A DNA stretch of 45,284 bases from IMG/VR virus record IMGVR_UViG_3300045988_113766, positions 1 through 45,284 of that record; one strand, written 5' to 3'. Shown here one piece after another: positions 1-7,535 of this stretch. The notes beneath the pieces were generated by a model, which worked only from the letters and a program-made list of their open reading frames with translations, did no database searches and had not been told where the DNA came from. This DNA is from a virus. Position numbers and translations under genes: made by a program. How positions within the stretch are numbered: position 1 is the stretch's first letter; every line of letters starts with the position of its first letter.

Positions 1-55
1 TCCACTTCCAAAACTTCTTTTCTGGATTCCTGATAAGCTTTCAGAGCGTAAATCG
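1..55. repeat. Terminal direct repeat, copy 1 (identical to 45230..45284)
   Basis: tccacttccaaaacttcttttctggattcctgataagctttcagagcgtaaatcg occurs at both window ends. A 55-bp overlap is typical of circular contig closure. Confidence 0.95.
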
Positions 56-1388
56 TGTTCGCATCTGCTGTCCATGTAAGTTTCATGGCTTTGCCGTTTT
101 TGCCTTTAAAGCCTCTGGCTCTTAATATTTCCTGTAAGAGGAGCACAGATGTGTTTTTATCTCCTGCTTTTACTGTCTCTGGGTTAAACATGTAGCTGCC
201 TCCTTCTGGGTTTGTTGTCTTGTCTGTTTCATCTTTATCTGCAGATAAAACAATTGAATAGTCCGGTGTACAAAATTTTGTCCCTGGAAGATTACTATTG
301 TAATAGCTCTTCTGGCACACCCCGCCACCATTTGCCACGATACCGGATGCTCCGGAAGTATTTCCCTCAATCGTCCAGAACCTGTCTCCGGCTACTTTTG
401 TTACAAAGCCGGTGTGGGTAAATGTATCGCCGTGTTTAAAGATAACAATATCTCCAACTTTTGGATTGGCATTTTTTACAAATAAGACGCCTAAGGTTGG
501 GCAATATACATACGGCCAGTGTTTTAAGAGTTTCTTTGCATTATCCAGACCAAAAGCTTTCATGAAACACCAGGAGATAAACGCTGCGCACCAGGGCTGC
601 CCCTGATAGGATGGTTTTATATCTCTCCAATATTTTGTATAGTTTGCTGATCCGGCATTTCCAGTCTTGCTGTCAAGCTTACTGTTATTTTTCTTTTCCA
701 AGTACCCGATCTCTTCTTCTGCAATTCCCAGAACTACGTTGATAGCTTCACTCTTTGTCATGACTGTGTTTTCCTTTTCTATATCTTTTGCTTCGTTATA
801 ATCTTTGTAAAATATATTTCTATCTACAGTTCCGCTGATGCCTGGTATCTTCGCTTTGCTGGAATACTGCCAGCCCACACCAAAGTCCGGCCGGAGTCGT
901 TCCTGTAAGGTGCCGTTATCTGATGCCGGATAACGTGCGATCCAGAAATCATATTTTTTCAGATGGCTACAAATTACATTCAGGTACCAATCCACATTGC
1001 AATAAATACCAACTTTATATCCCGCTGCCGTGATAATCTTTTCGAATGCTTCTGCCAATTTATGGATCTGTTCAGCTCCGAGGCTTCTCTGATTATTCCA
1101 TTCCAAATCCAGCCAGACCGGATACTGCAGTTTTCGCCCGTTCAGAACTTCCACTACTTTTCTGGCTTCGCTCTGTATCTCCGCAACTGTCATGGCATAA
1201 CTGTATTTATATGCTCCGGTTGGAATGTTATGTTCCTGACATCCGGAGTAATTTTTCTCAAAGCAGCTATCAATCACGTTTCCGGCTTCTGTGATCCGGA
1301 GTATTGCAAAGTCCATTCCGTAGTTTGCTACGGTCTCCCAGTCGATTGTTCCTTGCCATGCTGAAACATCTATTCCTCTTATTTCCAT
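1..1388 (-). CDS. Endolysin, first about 462 codons: GH25 muramidase, then a CHAP-type amidase/peptidase, then the start of a PG_binding_1 domain. The ORF runs off the window start.
   Basis: My translation from ATG at 1388 (RBS GGAGA upstream): MEIRGIDVSAWQGTIDWETVANYGMDFAILRITEAGN... (GH25-like). Then ...GQPWCAAFISWCF...HTGFV...TIEGNTSG (CHAP-like Cys/His). Then ...VLLLQEILRARGFKG... It is absent from the ORF track because it has no stop inside this end of the window. Confidence 0.85.
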   Translation of the reverse strand, partial: MEIRGIDVSAWQGTIDWETVANYGMDFAILRITEAGNVIDSCFEKNYSGCQEHNIPTGAYKYSYAMTVAEIQSEARKVVEVLNGRKLQYPVWLDLEWNNQRSLGAEQIHKLAEAFEKIITAAGYKVGIYCNVDWYLNVICSHLKKYDFWIARYPASDNGTLQERLRPDFGVGWQYSSKAKIPGISGTVDRNIFYKDYNEAKDIEKENTVMTKSEAINVVLGIAEEEIGYLEKKNNSKLDSKTGNAGSANYTKYWRDIKPSYQGQPWCAAFISWCFMKAFGLDNAKKLLKHWPYVYCPTLGVLFVKNANPKVGDIVIFKHGDTFTHTGFVTKVAGDRFWTIEGNTSGASGIVANGGGVCQKSYYNSNLPGTKFCTPDYSIVLSADKDETDKTTNPEGGSYMFNPETVKAGDKNTSVLLLQEILRARGFKGKNGKAMKLTWTADANTIYALKAYQESRKEVLEV

Positions 1389-1444
1389 GTCCGTCTCCTT
1401 TCACCGGGAAAATAGGGATTAGGGATGATCACTCATCCCCTGAA

Positions 1445-1744
1445 TCATTCGTCCTTGTTTGTCTGTTTAATAATCTGATTTACGTATGTAGAAAGTCCCG
1501 CAATGAGAATTCCCTGCGTGATTGCTGTGAAAATCGCCATCGCAATGTCCTGTCCGGTACCGCAGGTACAGGTGGCAAACACATAGATCGCGCAGATTGC
1601 AATGCTGATTCCGCCAAGGATAAGCGGGATATACTTATCTTTTACTGCCTGTGCCTGTTTGAGTGCCATGCCTACAAAATATAAGGCAATTGCTACTACG
1701 ATGAGTTCCGGTTTTACATAGTTAATGATCTGTTCCATAGTCAT
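1445..1744 (-). CDS. Holin (small multi-TM membrane protein)
   Basis: 99 aa with hydrophobic segments (ELIVVAIALYFVGMAL, IPLILGGISIAICAIYVF, MAIFTAITQGILIAGL). It sits immediately upstream of the endolysin. Confidence 0.7.
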   Translation of the reverse strand: MTMEQIINYVKPELIVVAIALYFVGMALKQAQAVKDKYIPLILGGISIAICAIYVFATCTCGTGQDIAMAIFTAITQGILIAGLSTYVNQIIKQTNKDE

Positions 1745-2043
1745 TCTCCTTTTTGTTTGATATGTAATTCATCAATTTCCTGCTTCATTTTGGTCACCAT
1801 ACCATTCCCGCCCAGCGCATGATAGGCGTCGTACATTTCACAGAAGTTCTGGTACGCATACGATGGAATGTTTCCGAACTTTGTGTACTTTGCATGATAC
1901 TCTATCATCTGCACGCGGAGCAGGAGCATAGTCCCCTTACTATTTGCATCCCGGTCTTTCTTCTGGTTTTTCAAGATCCAGACTATATACCCTAAAAGAA
2001 CCGGTAATACAATAGTATATGTCTGCATGAGTATTTCTTTCAC
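1741..2043 (-). CDS. Small membrane protein with an N-terminal TM helix, in the lysis cassette (function unknown, possible holin accessory)
   Basis: 100 aa. TM helix TYTIVLPVLLGYIVWIL. The stop overlaps the holin start. Confidence 0.45.
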   Translation of the reverse strand: MKEILMQTYTIVLPVLLGYIVWILKNQKKDRDANSKGTMLLLRVQMIEYHAKYTKFGNIPSYAYQNFCEMYDAYHALGGNGMVTKMKQEIDELHIKQKGE

Positions 2044-2079
2044 TATTTCACTCTTTCTCCGGTTTGCGCCGGCGCAATT

Positions 2080-2289
2080 TTAAAACGGTAATATGTCTTT
2101 CAGTGGCTCTGCTCTTATATTCTCTGGCAGTTCATCATCTTCGGTATCTGCATATCGGCGGCAGTTGTATTCTGCGATATCTATATCCTTTTCAATATCT
2201 TCAAGACTTTTATCACTCTCGCCTTTTATGATCAGAATCAAGTCGAAGATGATGGACCAGAGCTTACTTATAATCTGTAATTTTGTCAT
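2080..2289 (-). CDS. Hypothetical protein
   Basis: 69-aa ORF in the operon. Its start overlaps the stop of the upstream small ORF (ATGA). Confidence 0.4.
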   Translation of the reverse strand: MTKLQIISKLWSIIFDLILIIKGESDKSLEDIEKDIDIAEYNCRRYADTEDDELPENIRAEPLKDILPF

Positions 2290-2396
2290 TTATTCTCCTC
2301 TGGCAAAGAAATGAGTTCCTGGTACTCTTTATCTGTAAGTTTTCCACGTTCCTTTGCCTGTTCTACCATTTTCAGCCAATTTTCGTGGTTATACAT
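2286..2396 (-). CDS. XkdX-like small phage protein (36 aa)
   Basis: My translation: MYNHENWLKMVEQAKERGKLTDKEYQELISLPEENK. It resembles the XkdX family pattern (W..V..G.IT..EY.E.). It is below the ORF-track size cutoff. Confidence 0.5.
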   Translation of the reverse strand: MYNHENWLKMVEQAKERGKLTDKEYQELISLPEENK

Positions 2397-2604
2397 TTTC
2401 TTCATTTTCAATAAAATTCTGTACATCTTCATCCTCCTCTGTTTCTTCTGGAATATAAACATCTGTCATTGCTGCCAGATACTGAATTGTTACGTTCTGG
2501 TTTTCAATGGTTTTTTTCTGCTTTTCTACGGTTGCTCTGAGGTTTTCGTCCTCTGCCGCTTCTGCAGGTGTCTGAGTCATTTTTCTTACTTCCATGTTCT
2601 TCAC
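2389..2604 (-). CDS. Hypothetical acidic protein (start uncertain; overlaps the RT 3' end)
   Basis: 71-aa ORF in the same direction as the operon. It overlaps the RT C-terminal tail by about 100 nt. Confidence 0.35.
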   Translation of the reverse strand: MKNMEVRKMTQTPAEAAEDENLRATVEKQKKTIENQNVTIQYLAAMTDVYIPEETEEDEDVQNFIENEENV

Positions 2605-3625
2605 CCTTTCTTAACTGTTTTAAATATTTCTGAGTCCTTTGTTTTACTTTATACGAATTTCCTTTATCAGCATTATTTTCCCAGGAATTGTGATGTTCAT
2701 CTACTTTTTCCGGTTCAAGTTCTCCTCTCTGTGATTTATGAACCATCCTCACAAGAGTTTTTCTTTCATGCTTTACACTATCTGAGTTAAGCGTCATGAT
2801 TATCCTTCCTGTTTCTGTCAGCCGATAGTCGAATCCCAAAAATGTAAATCCTTTTTCAAGCGGTGTTATGTGTGATTTCTTTTCATTTGCTTCCAGCCCG
2901 TATATCTGCAATTGCTTCATTATCTCACCGAAAACTCTCTCAGCCTGTTTTCTTGTTTTAACAAGAATCCAGAAATCATCCATGTATCTGATATTGTATT
3001 TTACATGCAACTGTTCTTTGATGTAATGATCTAATGGATTCAGAAGTGAAATACCGGCAATCTGTACCATTTGAGACCCTGGATTGTATCCGGTTTCTCC
3101 TGCGTACTGGTCTCGTAAAACTCCACACGACATTTCTGTTGTATCCTTATCCGTCAGATTCCTTATTTGCCTTTCTACATCACTGTGCCGCATGTTTAGG
3201 TAGTATCCATGTATGTCAACCTGAACTATCCATCCTTTTGTGCCGTATCTGCAGTAATAATTCCATAGATATTTTTTAACCAGTGCTCTTGCAAAGTCTG
3301 TTCCCTTTCCTGTCTGGCAGGCGCAATTTGAATAAGTGAATCCCTTTGTCATTTGAGGATAAAGAGAATTATCATTAATGCTCCTTTGATATACCCGATC
3401 CTTAAACGGAATACTGAGAGCTTCCCGGCGTTTCGGATATGTTATCAAGACTGTTTTAGGCTTCCCATTCTTCCATGTTCCGTCTTGATGCTGATGTTTC
3501 ATCCGGAGTATATTTTCTTCTCCATTTAACAAAAACGACTTAACTGATGGTTTCCATGTTACTCCATTCTTACATTTCAGCATTGATTCGTATAAACTAT
3601 CATAGCTTGTTATATGATCTTTCAT
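2504..3625 (-). CDS. DGR reverse transcriptase
   Basis: 373 aa. Contains the YMDDFW (YxDD) motif and ...PGSQMVQIAGISLLNPLDHYI..., resembling the DGR-RT GxxxSQ...NPLD signature. Located directly downstream of TR. Confidence 0.9.
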   Translation of the reverse strand: MKDHITSYDSLYESMLKCKNGVTWKPSVKSFLLNGEENILRMKHQHQDGTWKNGKPKTVLITYPKRREALSIPFKDRVYQRSINDNSLYPQMTKGFTYSNCACQTGKGTDFARALVKKYLWNYYCRYGTKGWIVQVDIHGYYLNMRHSDVERQIRNLTDKDTTEMSCGVLRDQYAGETGYNPGSQMVQIAGISLLNPLDHYIKEQLHVKYNIRYMDDFWILVKTRKQAERVFGEIMKQLQIYGLEANEKKSHITPLEKGFTFLGFDYRLTETGRIIMTLNSDSVKHERKTLVRMVHKSQRGELEPEKVDEHHNSWENNADKGNSYKVKQRTQKYLKQLRKGEEHGSKKNDSDTCRSGRGRKPQSNRRKAEKNH

Positions 3626-3790
3626 CTTTTGTGCTTCCGCAGTTTCTCAGTGCTGGCAGGCTTATGTAAGTCACGCACTGTCTCTTTCGATTATCCGCGG
3701 TATTGTTTAGGCTTATGCCAGGGATTTCGGCTCCTTGTCTATATCTTCAAGGCGATCATTGCTATGCAATAACCATAATGCTTTTAGGAA

Positions 3791-3917
3791 GACAATCGGG
3801 GCATACACATTCGAGTTCCATGCGTTCGTGTTGTTGACGTTGCCGGATGTGTTCACATTCATGACGTTGTTAGCGTTGCCGCGGTTAGCCGAACGAGAAA
3901 ACACATTCTGAGGTGTT
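3791..3917 (-). repeat. DGR template repeat (TR); the 3626..3790 spacer probably belongs to the same TR RNA
   Basis: Aligns without gaps to 4432..4558 (offset 641). It is Asn-codon (AAY) rich in the sense strand: NANNVMNVNTSGNVNNTNAWNSNVYAP. Confidence 0.92.
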
Positions 3918-3936
3918 AGCCTACGTCCCATGTAAT

Positions 3937-4368
3937 TTAAGAGTATCTTTCTATGTCAGATTCCCGCCATTTTTTAATATAATTTCTCACTTTTACTGTT
4001 TGTTCTGACCAATATTCTACCCTTTTTCCTTTCAGGTGAAAGAGTGGATGCGCAAGCCCAATCAGTGCAAGTAAGTTGTTACAATCCAGAATCGCCTGAC
4101 GCTGCAGTTTGCTTCTCCAGGCCCATAGCTCTTTCTTATTCTTTTCTGTTACCCGGATATTGTTTGCGGTCCAGGCATTTATATAAATGTCTTTCGCTGT
4201 CCGGATGATATCGTCCGTGAGCGCAGATTGATATTCCGGAAGAAATACCTTTTTATTCTTGCAGATCTGAATCGTGTAGACCGCCAGCTCTCTTGCGTAC
4301 CATACTGCATTTAACTGTCTATTCTGCGGTGTGTCCGGTACATTTCTCTCACCTGCTTTAACTGCCAT
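3937..4368 (-). CDS. avd: Accessory variability determinant (Avd-like four-helix-bundle protein)
   Basis: About 143 aa from the ATG at 4368 (RBS GGAAAGGAAAAG). Helical and basic, positioned between VR and TR as in known DGRs. The ORF-track start at 4392 lies inside the hairpin. Confidence 0.75.
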   Translation of the reverse strand: MAVKAGERNVPDTPQNRQLNAVWYARELAVYTIQICKNKKVFLPEYQSALTDDIIRTAKDIYINAWTANNIRVTEKNKKELWAWRSKLQRQAILDCNNLLALIGLAHPLFHLKGKRVEYWSEQTVKVRNYIKKWRESDIERYS

Positions 4369-4382
4369 TTCTTTTCCTTTCC

Positions 4383-4408
4383 ATCCCTGCATCCGTGGGT
4401 GCAGGGAT
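4383..4408 (-). promoter_or_regulatory. Hairpin immediately 3' of VR (candidate DGR target-recognition hairpin/cruciform)
   Basis: ATCCCTGCA / TGCAGGGAT, a 9-bp stem with an 8-nt loop, 14 nt downstream of the target stop codon. No U-tract follows. Confidence 0.55.
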
Positions 4409-4422
4409 TATTTGATTGCTGA

Positions 4423-5619
4423 TTATACGACGACAAGCGGGGCATACACAACCGAGTTCCATGCGGTCGTGCTGCCGACGATGCCGGATGTGCTCACACC
4501 CATGACGCTGTAAGCGTTGCCGCGGTTAGCCGAACGAGAAAACACAAACTGAGGCGATGTGTGGTTCGCAGCTGAATATCTAATCATAATCGGATAGGTT
4601 TTCCATGGTTCAATCGGTGTTTTGGAATTTGTTCTCCGCTGCCAGTATTCGTGAACTGTTCCCTCCTCTTTGCTCATGTTGACATTCATCTGAGACGCGG
4701 ATGCAAGGAACACTCTGTCGTATGTGATATCTGTCACGCCACCATCATTGACGGTATTCGCAAGGGTAGTTACTTTGACCGTCTTTAATGCTGCCAGCAT
4801 ATCCGCAGGCATTCCGCAGAGGAAACCGTCTTTTGTGGCTAACTGACTCGGCGCAATATCCCAGTCGTCCTGTTTTGTCCACCATTTGCCCTTTGGTTGT
4901 GTTGAATTGAGCCACTGACGGGCCGCTGAGTATTTCCAGCGATTCCAGCCGTATGCTGATTCCTGCATACTGTTAAGATTTCCGTTTCTGGTTGCGTACT
5001 GCATGGTTCCCAGATCTGTTCCGTCTGATCCGGATGTAACTGCCACGGTTTCAATTGTGGTGATTCCGTCTGCAGCGTAAGAGGTTGCTTTCCAGTTGCT
5101 CGGCGCAATGTCCGGCATCTGTGTGAATCCATATACTGATCCGCCTGCAGGTACGGCCTTGGTCAAAGTAAACTGCCAGTATGTGTCTGCTTTTGCATTA
5201 TTTCCCCAATCCTTTTCTAATTTGAGGTGATAAGTTCCTGCTGCCAGTCCATCCGGACAGCGCAAGAATGCACGGTTGCTAAACTGTAATCCGAATGGGG
5301 TTGTGTAATGCGCTTCCAGGAATGTTCCTGAAATGACTTCTCCGTCCTCCAGTTCTACATTTTCAAAATGTGTAACCTGCCACGGGAAATCATATTCCTG
5401 GCCGGCGGCAGTATCTGTCCATTTCTCAAGAATCTGGTCTCCGAAATCAAAAATTTTCTGAGCGTACCCATTTCTGGAAAGCCCGCTGATCTGGTCCCAC
5501 GTTGATATGTTTTCCAGGTTTGCCGCCTGTGTAAATGCCATTGTCTGCAATGCCTGTGAAATTTCTTTCATAGTGCTTTCGCGTGGAAAATTAATGAGTG
5601 TCTGGTCTCCTGTTGCCAT
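4423..5619 (-). CDS. DGR target protein: putative receptor-binding tail fibre protein with a C-terminal variable (C-type-lectin-like) region
   Basis: 398 aa. The C-terminus FSRSANRGNAYSVMGVSTSGIVGSTTAWNSVVYAPLVVV is the VR. It is the last structural gene of the fibre block. Confidence 0.85.
   Translation of the reverse strand: MATGDQTLINFPRESTMKEISQALQTMAFTQAANLENISTWDQISGLSRNGYAQKIFDFGDQILEKWTDTAAGQEYDFPWQVTHFENVELEDGEVISGTFLEAHYTTPFGLQFSNRAFLRCPDGLAAGTYHLKLEKDWGNNAKADTYWQFTLTKAVPAGGSVYGFTQMPDIAPSNWKATSYAADGITTIETVAVTSGSDGTDLGTMQYATRNGNLNSMQESAYGWNRWKYSAARQWLNSTQPKGKWWTKQDDWDIAPSQLATKDGFLCGMPADMLAALKTVKVTTLANTVNDGGVTDITYDRVFLASASQMNVNMSKEEGTVHEYWQRRTNSKTPIEPWKTYPIMIRYSAANHTSPQFVFSRSANRGNAYSVMGVSTSGIVGSTTAWNSVVYAPLVVV
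4432..4558 (-). repeat. DGR variable repeat (VR) at the 3' end of the target gene
   Basis: 17 mismatches to TR over 127 bp. Every one is at a plus-strand T of TR (A in the sense strand). About 37 TR adenines are available. Confidence 0.92.
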
Positions 5620-5649
5620 TTCTGTTCCTCCTTTATTTATAATCTCTAG

Positions 5650-6657
5650 TTATTCTGTATAGACAATATCAAGTCCACCGTCTTCACTATTTATTGCCAA
5701 AGTTATATGTTGTGTCTGAGCAATCAGTGCATCTGTTGCGGACTTGGCGGCAGCCGCCTGGTCTTTAGCAGCTTTTGTGGCGGTATTTGCATTTGTTGCC
5801 GCGGTTTCGGCTGTAGTCGTGGCAGTTTTGACAGCTTCTAAGGATTTTCCAATTTCTGTGCTTAAATTTGCCGCGTCCGAAATCGTTTTTTTGAGTGTCG
5901 TATCCTTTGCAGTTGCATCCGCAATTGTCTTGTTCAGATTATCTTTCGCTGTCTCTATGTTTACATCAAATCTTCCAATCTCCTGATTGGTATGTTCTGT
6001 AATTCCTTGCTGTGCTTCTGATTCTTTCAGTGCAATATAATCTTCTGTCTGACTCTTTACATTCTTTACGGATATCTCCTGCTGACTGGTTATAGTCTGT
6101 ATCGCCTGTTTTCTTGTCTTATCAATTTCTGTCTGAGCCAAAGTGACCGATTCGGTCACTTTTTCATCAAATCCGGTGATCTGCGCATTGATATTCTGTT
6201 CAGACTCTGATGCTGCCTTTCTGGACTGCTCCGCGCTCTGGGCGTAGCCTGCGGCACTGTCTCTGCTATTCTCAGTTTCCTGCGCTGCTTGCACAGTGTT
6301 GGAATGTAACTGCTGTATATCCGTGTGAGCTGATTCTATTTCCTGTTGTGACAGCTCTACTGCTGCTCTGGATGTCTCAACCTGTTTGGCTTTATTAATC
6401 ACATCATCATAGGCTGCAATATATTCCGGTGTCATATCTCCTGGAAGGGCTATCATCTGCCAATGCTCTGAATTATGACCCGGATCAGGAGCGATTCCTG
6501 TGATTGTTGTCTCCAGCTCTGCCAGGCAGAAGTATGAGCCGCCCTGATATGAAACTGCATCAAGATATTCGTAGGCAGCTGAAGAATCATATTCTCCTCT
6601 CGGATTTAAGGAAACATTCCCCAAATCGGTTTCTATGTAGTTATTTTCTGTATTCAT
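5650..6657 (-). CDS. Coiled-coil tail fibre protein
   Basis: 335 aa. A long Q/E/A/T-rich heptad-like central region, between other fibre genes. Confidence 0.55.
   Translation of the reverse strand: MNTENNYIETDLGNVSLNPRGEYDSSAAYEYLDAVSYQGGSYFCLAELETTITGIAPDPGHNSEHWQMIALPGDMTPEYIAAYDDVINKAKQVETSRAAVELSQQEIESAHTDIQQLHSNTVQAAQETENSRDSAAGYAQSAEQSRKAASESEQNINAQITGFDEKVTESVTLAQTEIDKTRKQAIQTITSQQEISVKNVKSQTEDYIALKESEAQQGITEHTNQEIGRFDVNIETAKDNLNKTIADATAKDTTLKKTISDAANLSTEIGKSLEAVKTATTTAETAATNANTATKAAKDQAAAAKSATDALIAQTQHITLAINSEDGGLDIVYTE
6144..6158. repeat. 15-bp palindrome TGACCGATTCGGTCA, copy 1 (17-bp palindrome with flanks)
   Basis: Read directly. Inside the coiled-coil fibre gene. Confidence 0.9.
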
Positions 6658-6669
6658 TTTATCCTCCTG

Positions 6670-7416
6670 TCACATTTTCAGTCTGTACTTCAGACGTGAT
6701 CCGGTTCTTCGGAACCGAACCTTATCAACCGCTGGATCTGAATACAGTTTTAATTTGCCTGCCACAACTCTAAATGCAGCAAAAAAGACATTTCCTGTTT
6801 CTCCTTTCAGATCAGCTTTTTTCTGGCGGATGTAACTATCAATGTCTTTCTTTCCATTTTCCACTCTTCCCGAAATAGATGCGGTCTCTTTCTTTGCCTG
6901 TTTAGCGTAATATTTTGCATTATCTGTATCACATTCTGGATGTTTCTCATGTCCATGCGTCCATGCTTCTGCCTGTTCCTGGGCTTTTTCTGCTCTTCCA
7001 GCTGCTTCGCTCACAATTTCAACTGCTTTCCGAAAAAGTTCTGGTTCTTCCGGTGTTCCAGGAATCTCAGGTCTTGGTCTTGCTTTTACTGGAATGGTTA
7101 TTTTGCGTTCGGTATTGCCAGAATTATTTTCACTTAGGTATATAAATGCGTATATCTTATAGTTCTGATCGCTTTCATGATTTTCCAGCATGGAATCCGG
7201 AATTGGTACATCCGTCACAGAATCTTTTGTTGTTCCGATTCTTGTTACAGATGTTCCACCTGTTTCTTCCAGCGAGAAATGAATCTCTACCACTTTAGGA
7301 AGATCCAATCCTTGGATGCGAAGAATCTGTCCGTAATCGTACTGCCAAGTCCCAGATGCTCGCGAAGAGCATTCATCTTCACGAAATACCACCGTTGCTA
7401 TATTGTCATTCATCAT
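6670..7416 (-). CDS. Tail fibre/baseplate-associated structural protein (function uncertain)
   Basis: 248-aa ORF in the fibre block, with a beta-rich N-terminal part and a charged helical C-terminal part. Confidence 0.4.
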   Translation of the reverse strand: MMNDNIATVVFREDECSSRASGTWQYDYGQILRIQGLDLPKVVEIHFSLEETGGTSVTRIGTTKDSVTDVPIPDSMLENHESDQNYKIYAFIYLSENNSGNTERKITIPVKARPRPEIPGTPEEPELFRKAVEIVSEAAGRAEKAQEQAEAWTHGHEKHPECDTDNAKYYAKQAKKETASISGRVENGKKDIDSYIRQKKADLKGETGNVFFAAFRVVAGKLKLYSDPAVDKVRFRRTGSRLKYRLKM

Positions 7417-7535
7417 TCTCTCCTTCTGTCGTATCGCGTTTCGAAATTATAAGACAACAATCAACAAAGCAAATAAAAGCAAACATTAACGCAACCACTG
7501 TTTTTCCAATTATCGTCCTCTTTTGCACCTCCTTA

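Larger units (their letters stand above)
2504..5619 (-). mobile_element. Diversity-generating retroelement (DGR) cassette: target gene with VR, avd, TR, RT
   Basis: 127-bp TR/VR pair with only adenine-specific differences. Avd-like four-helix protein. RT with YMDD. BPP-1-like gene order. Confidence 0.93.

Noticed and set aside
3713-3931. 72-aa ORF (MGRRLTPQNVFSRSANRGNANNVMNVNTSGNVNNTNAWNS...) on the minus strand
   Set aside because: It is the DGR template repeat read as protein, an Asn-rich copy of the target C-terminus. In DGRs the TR acts as an RNA template, not as a gene.
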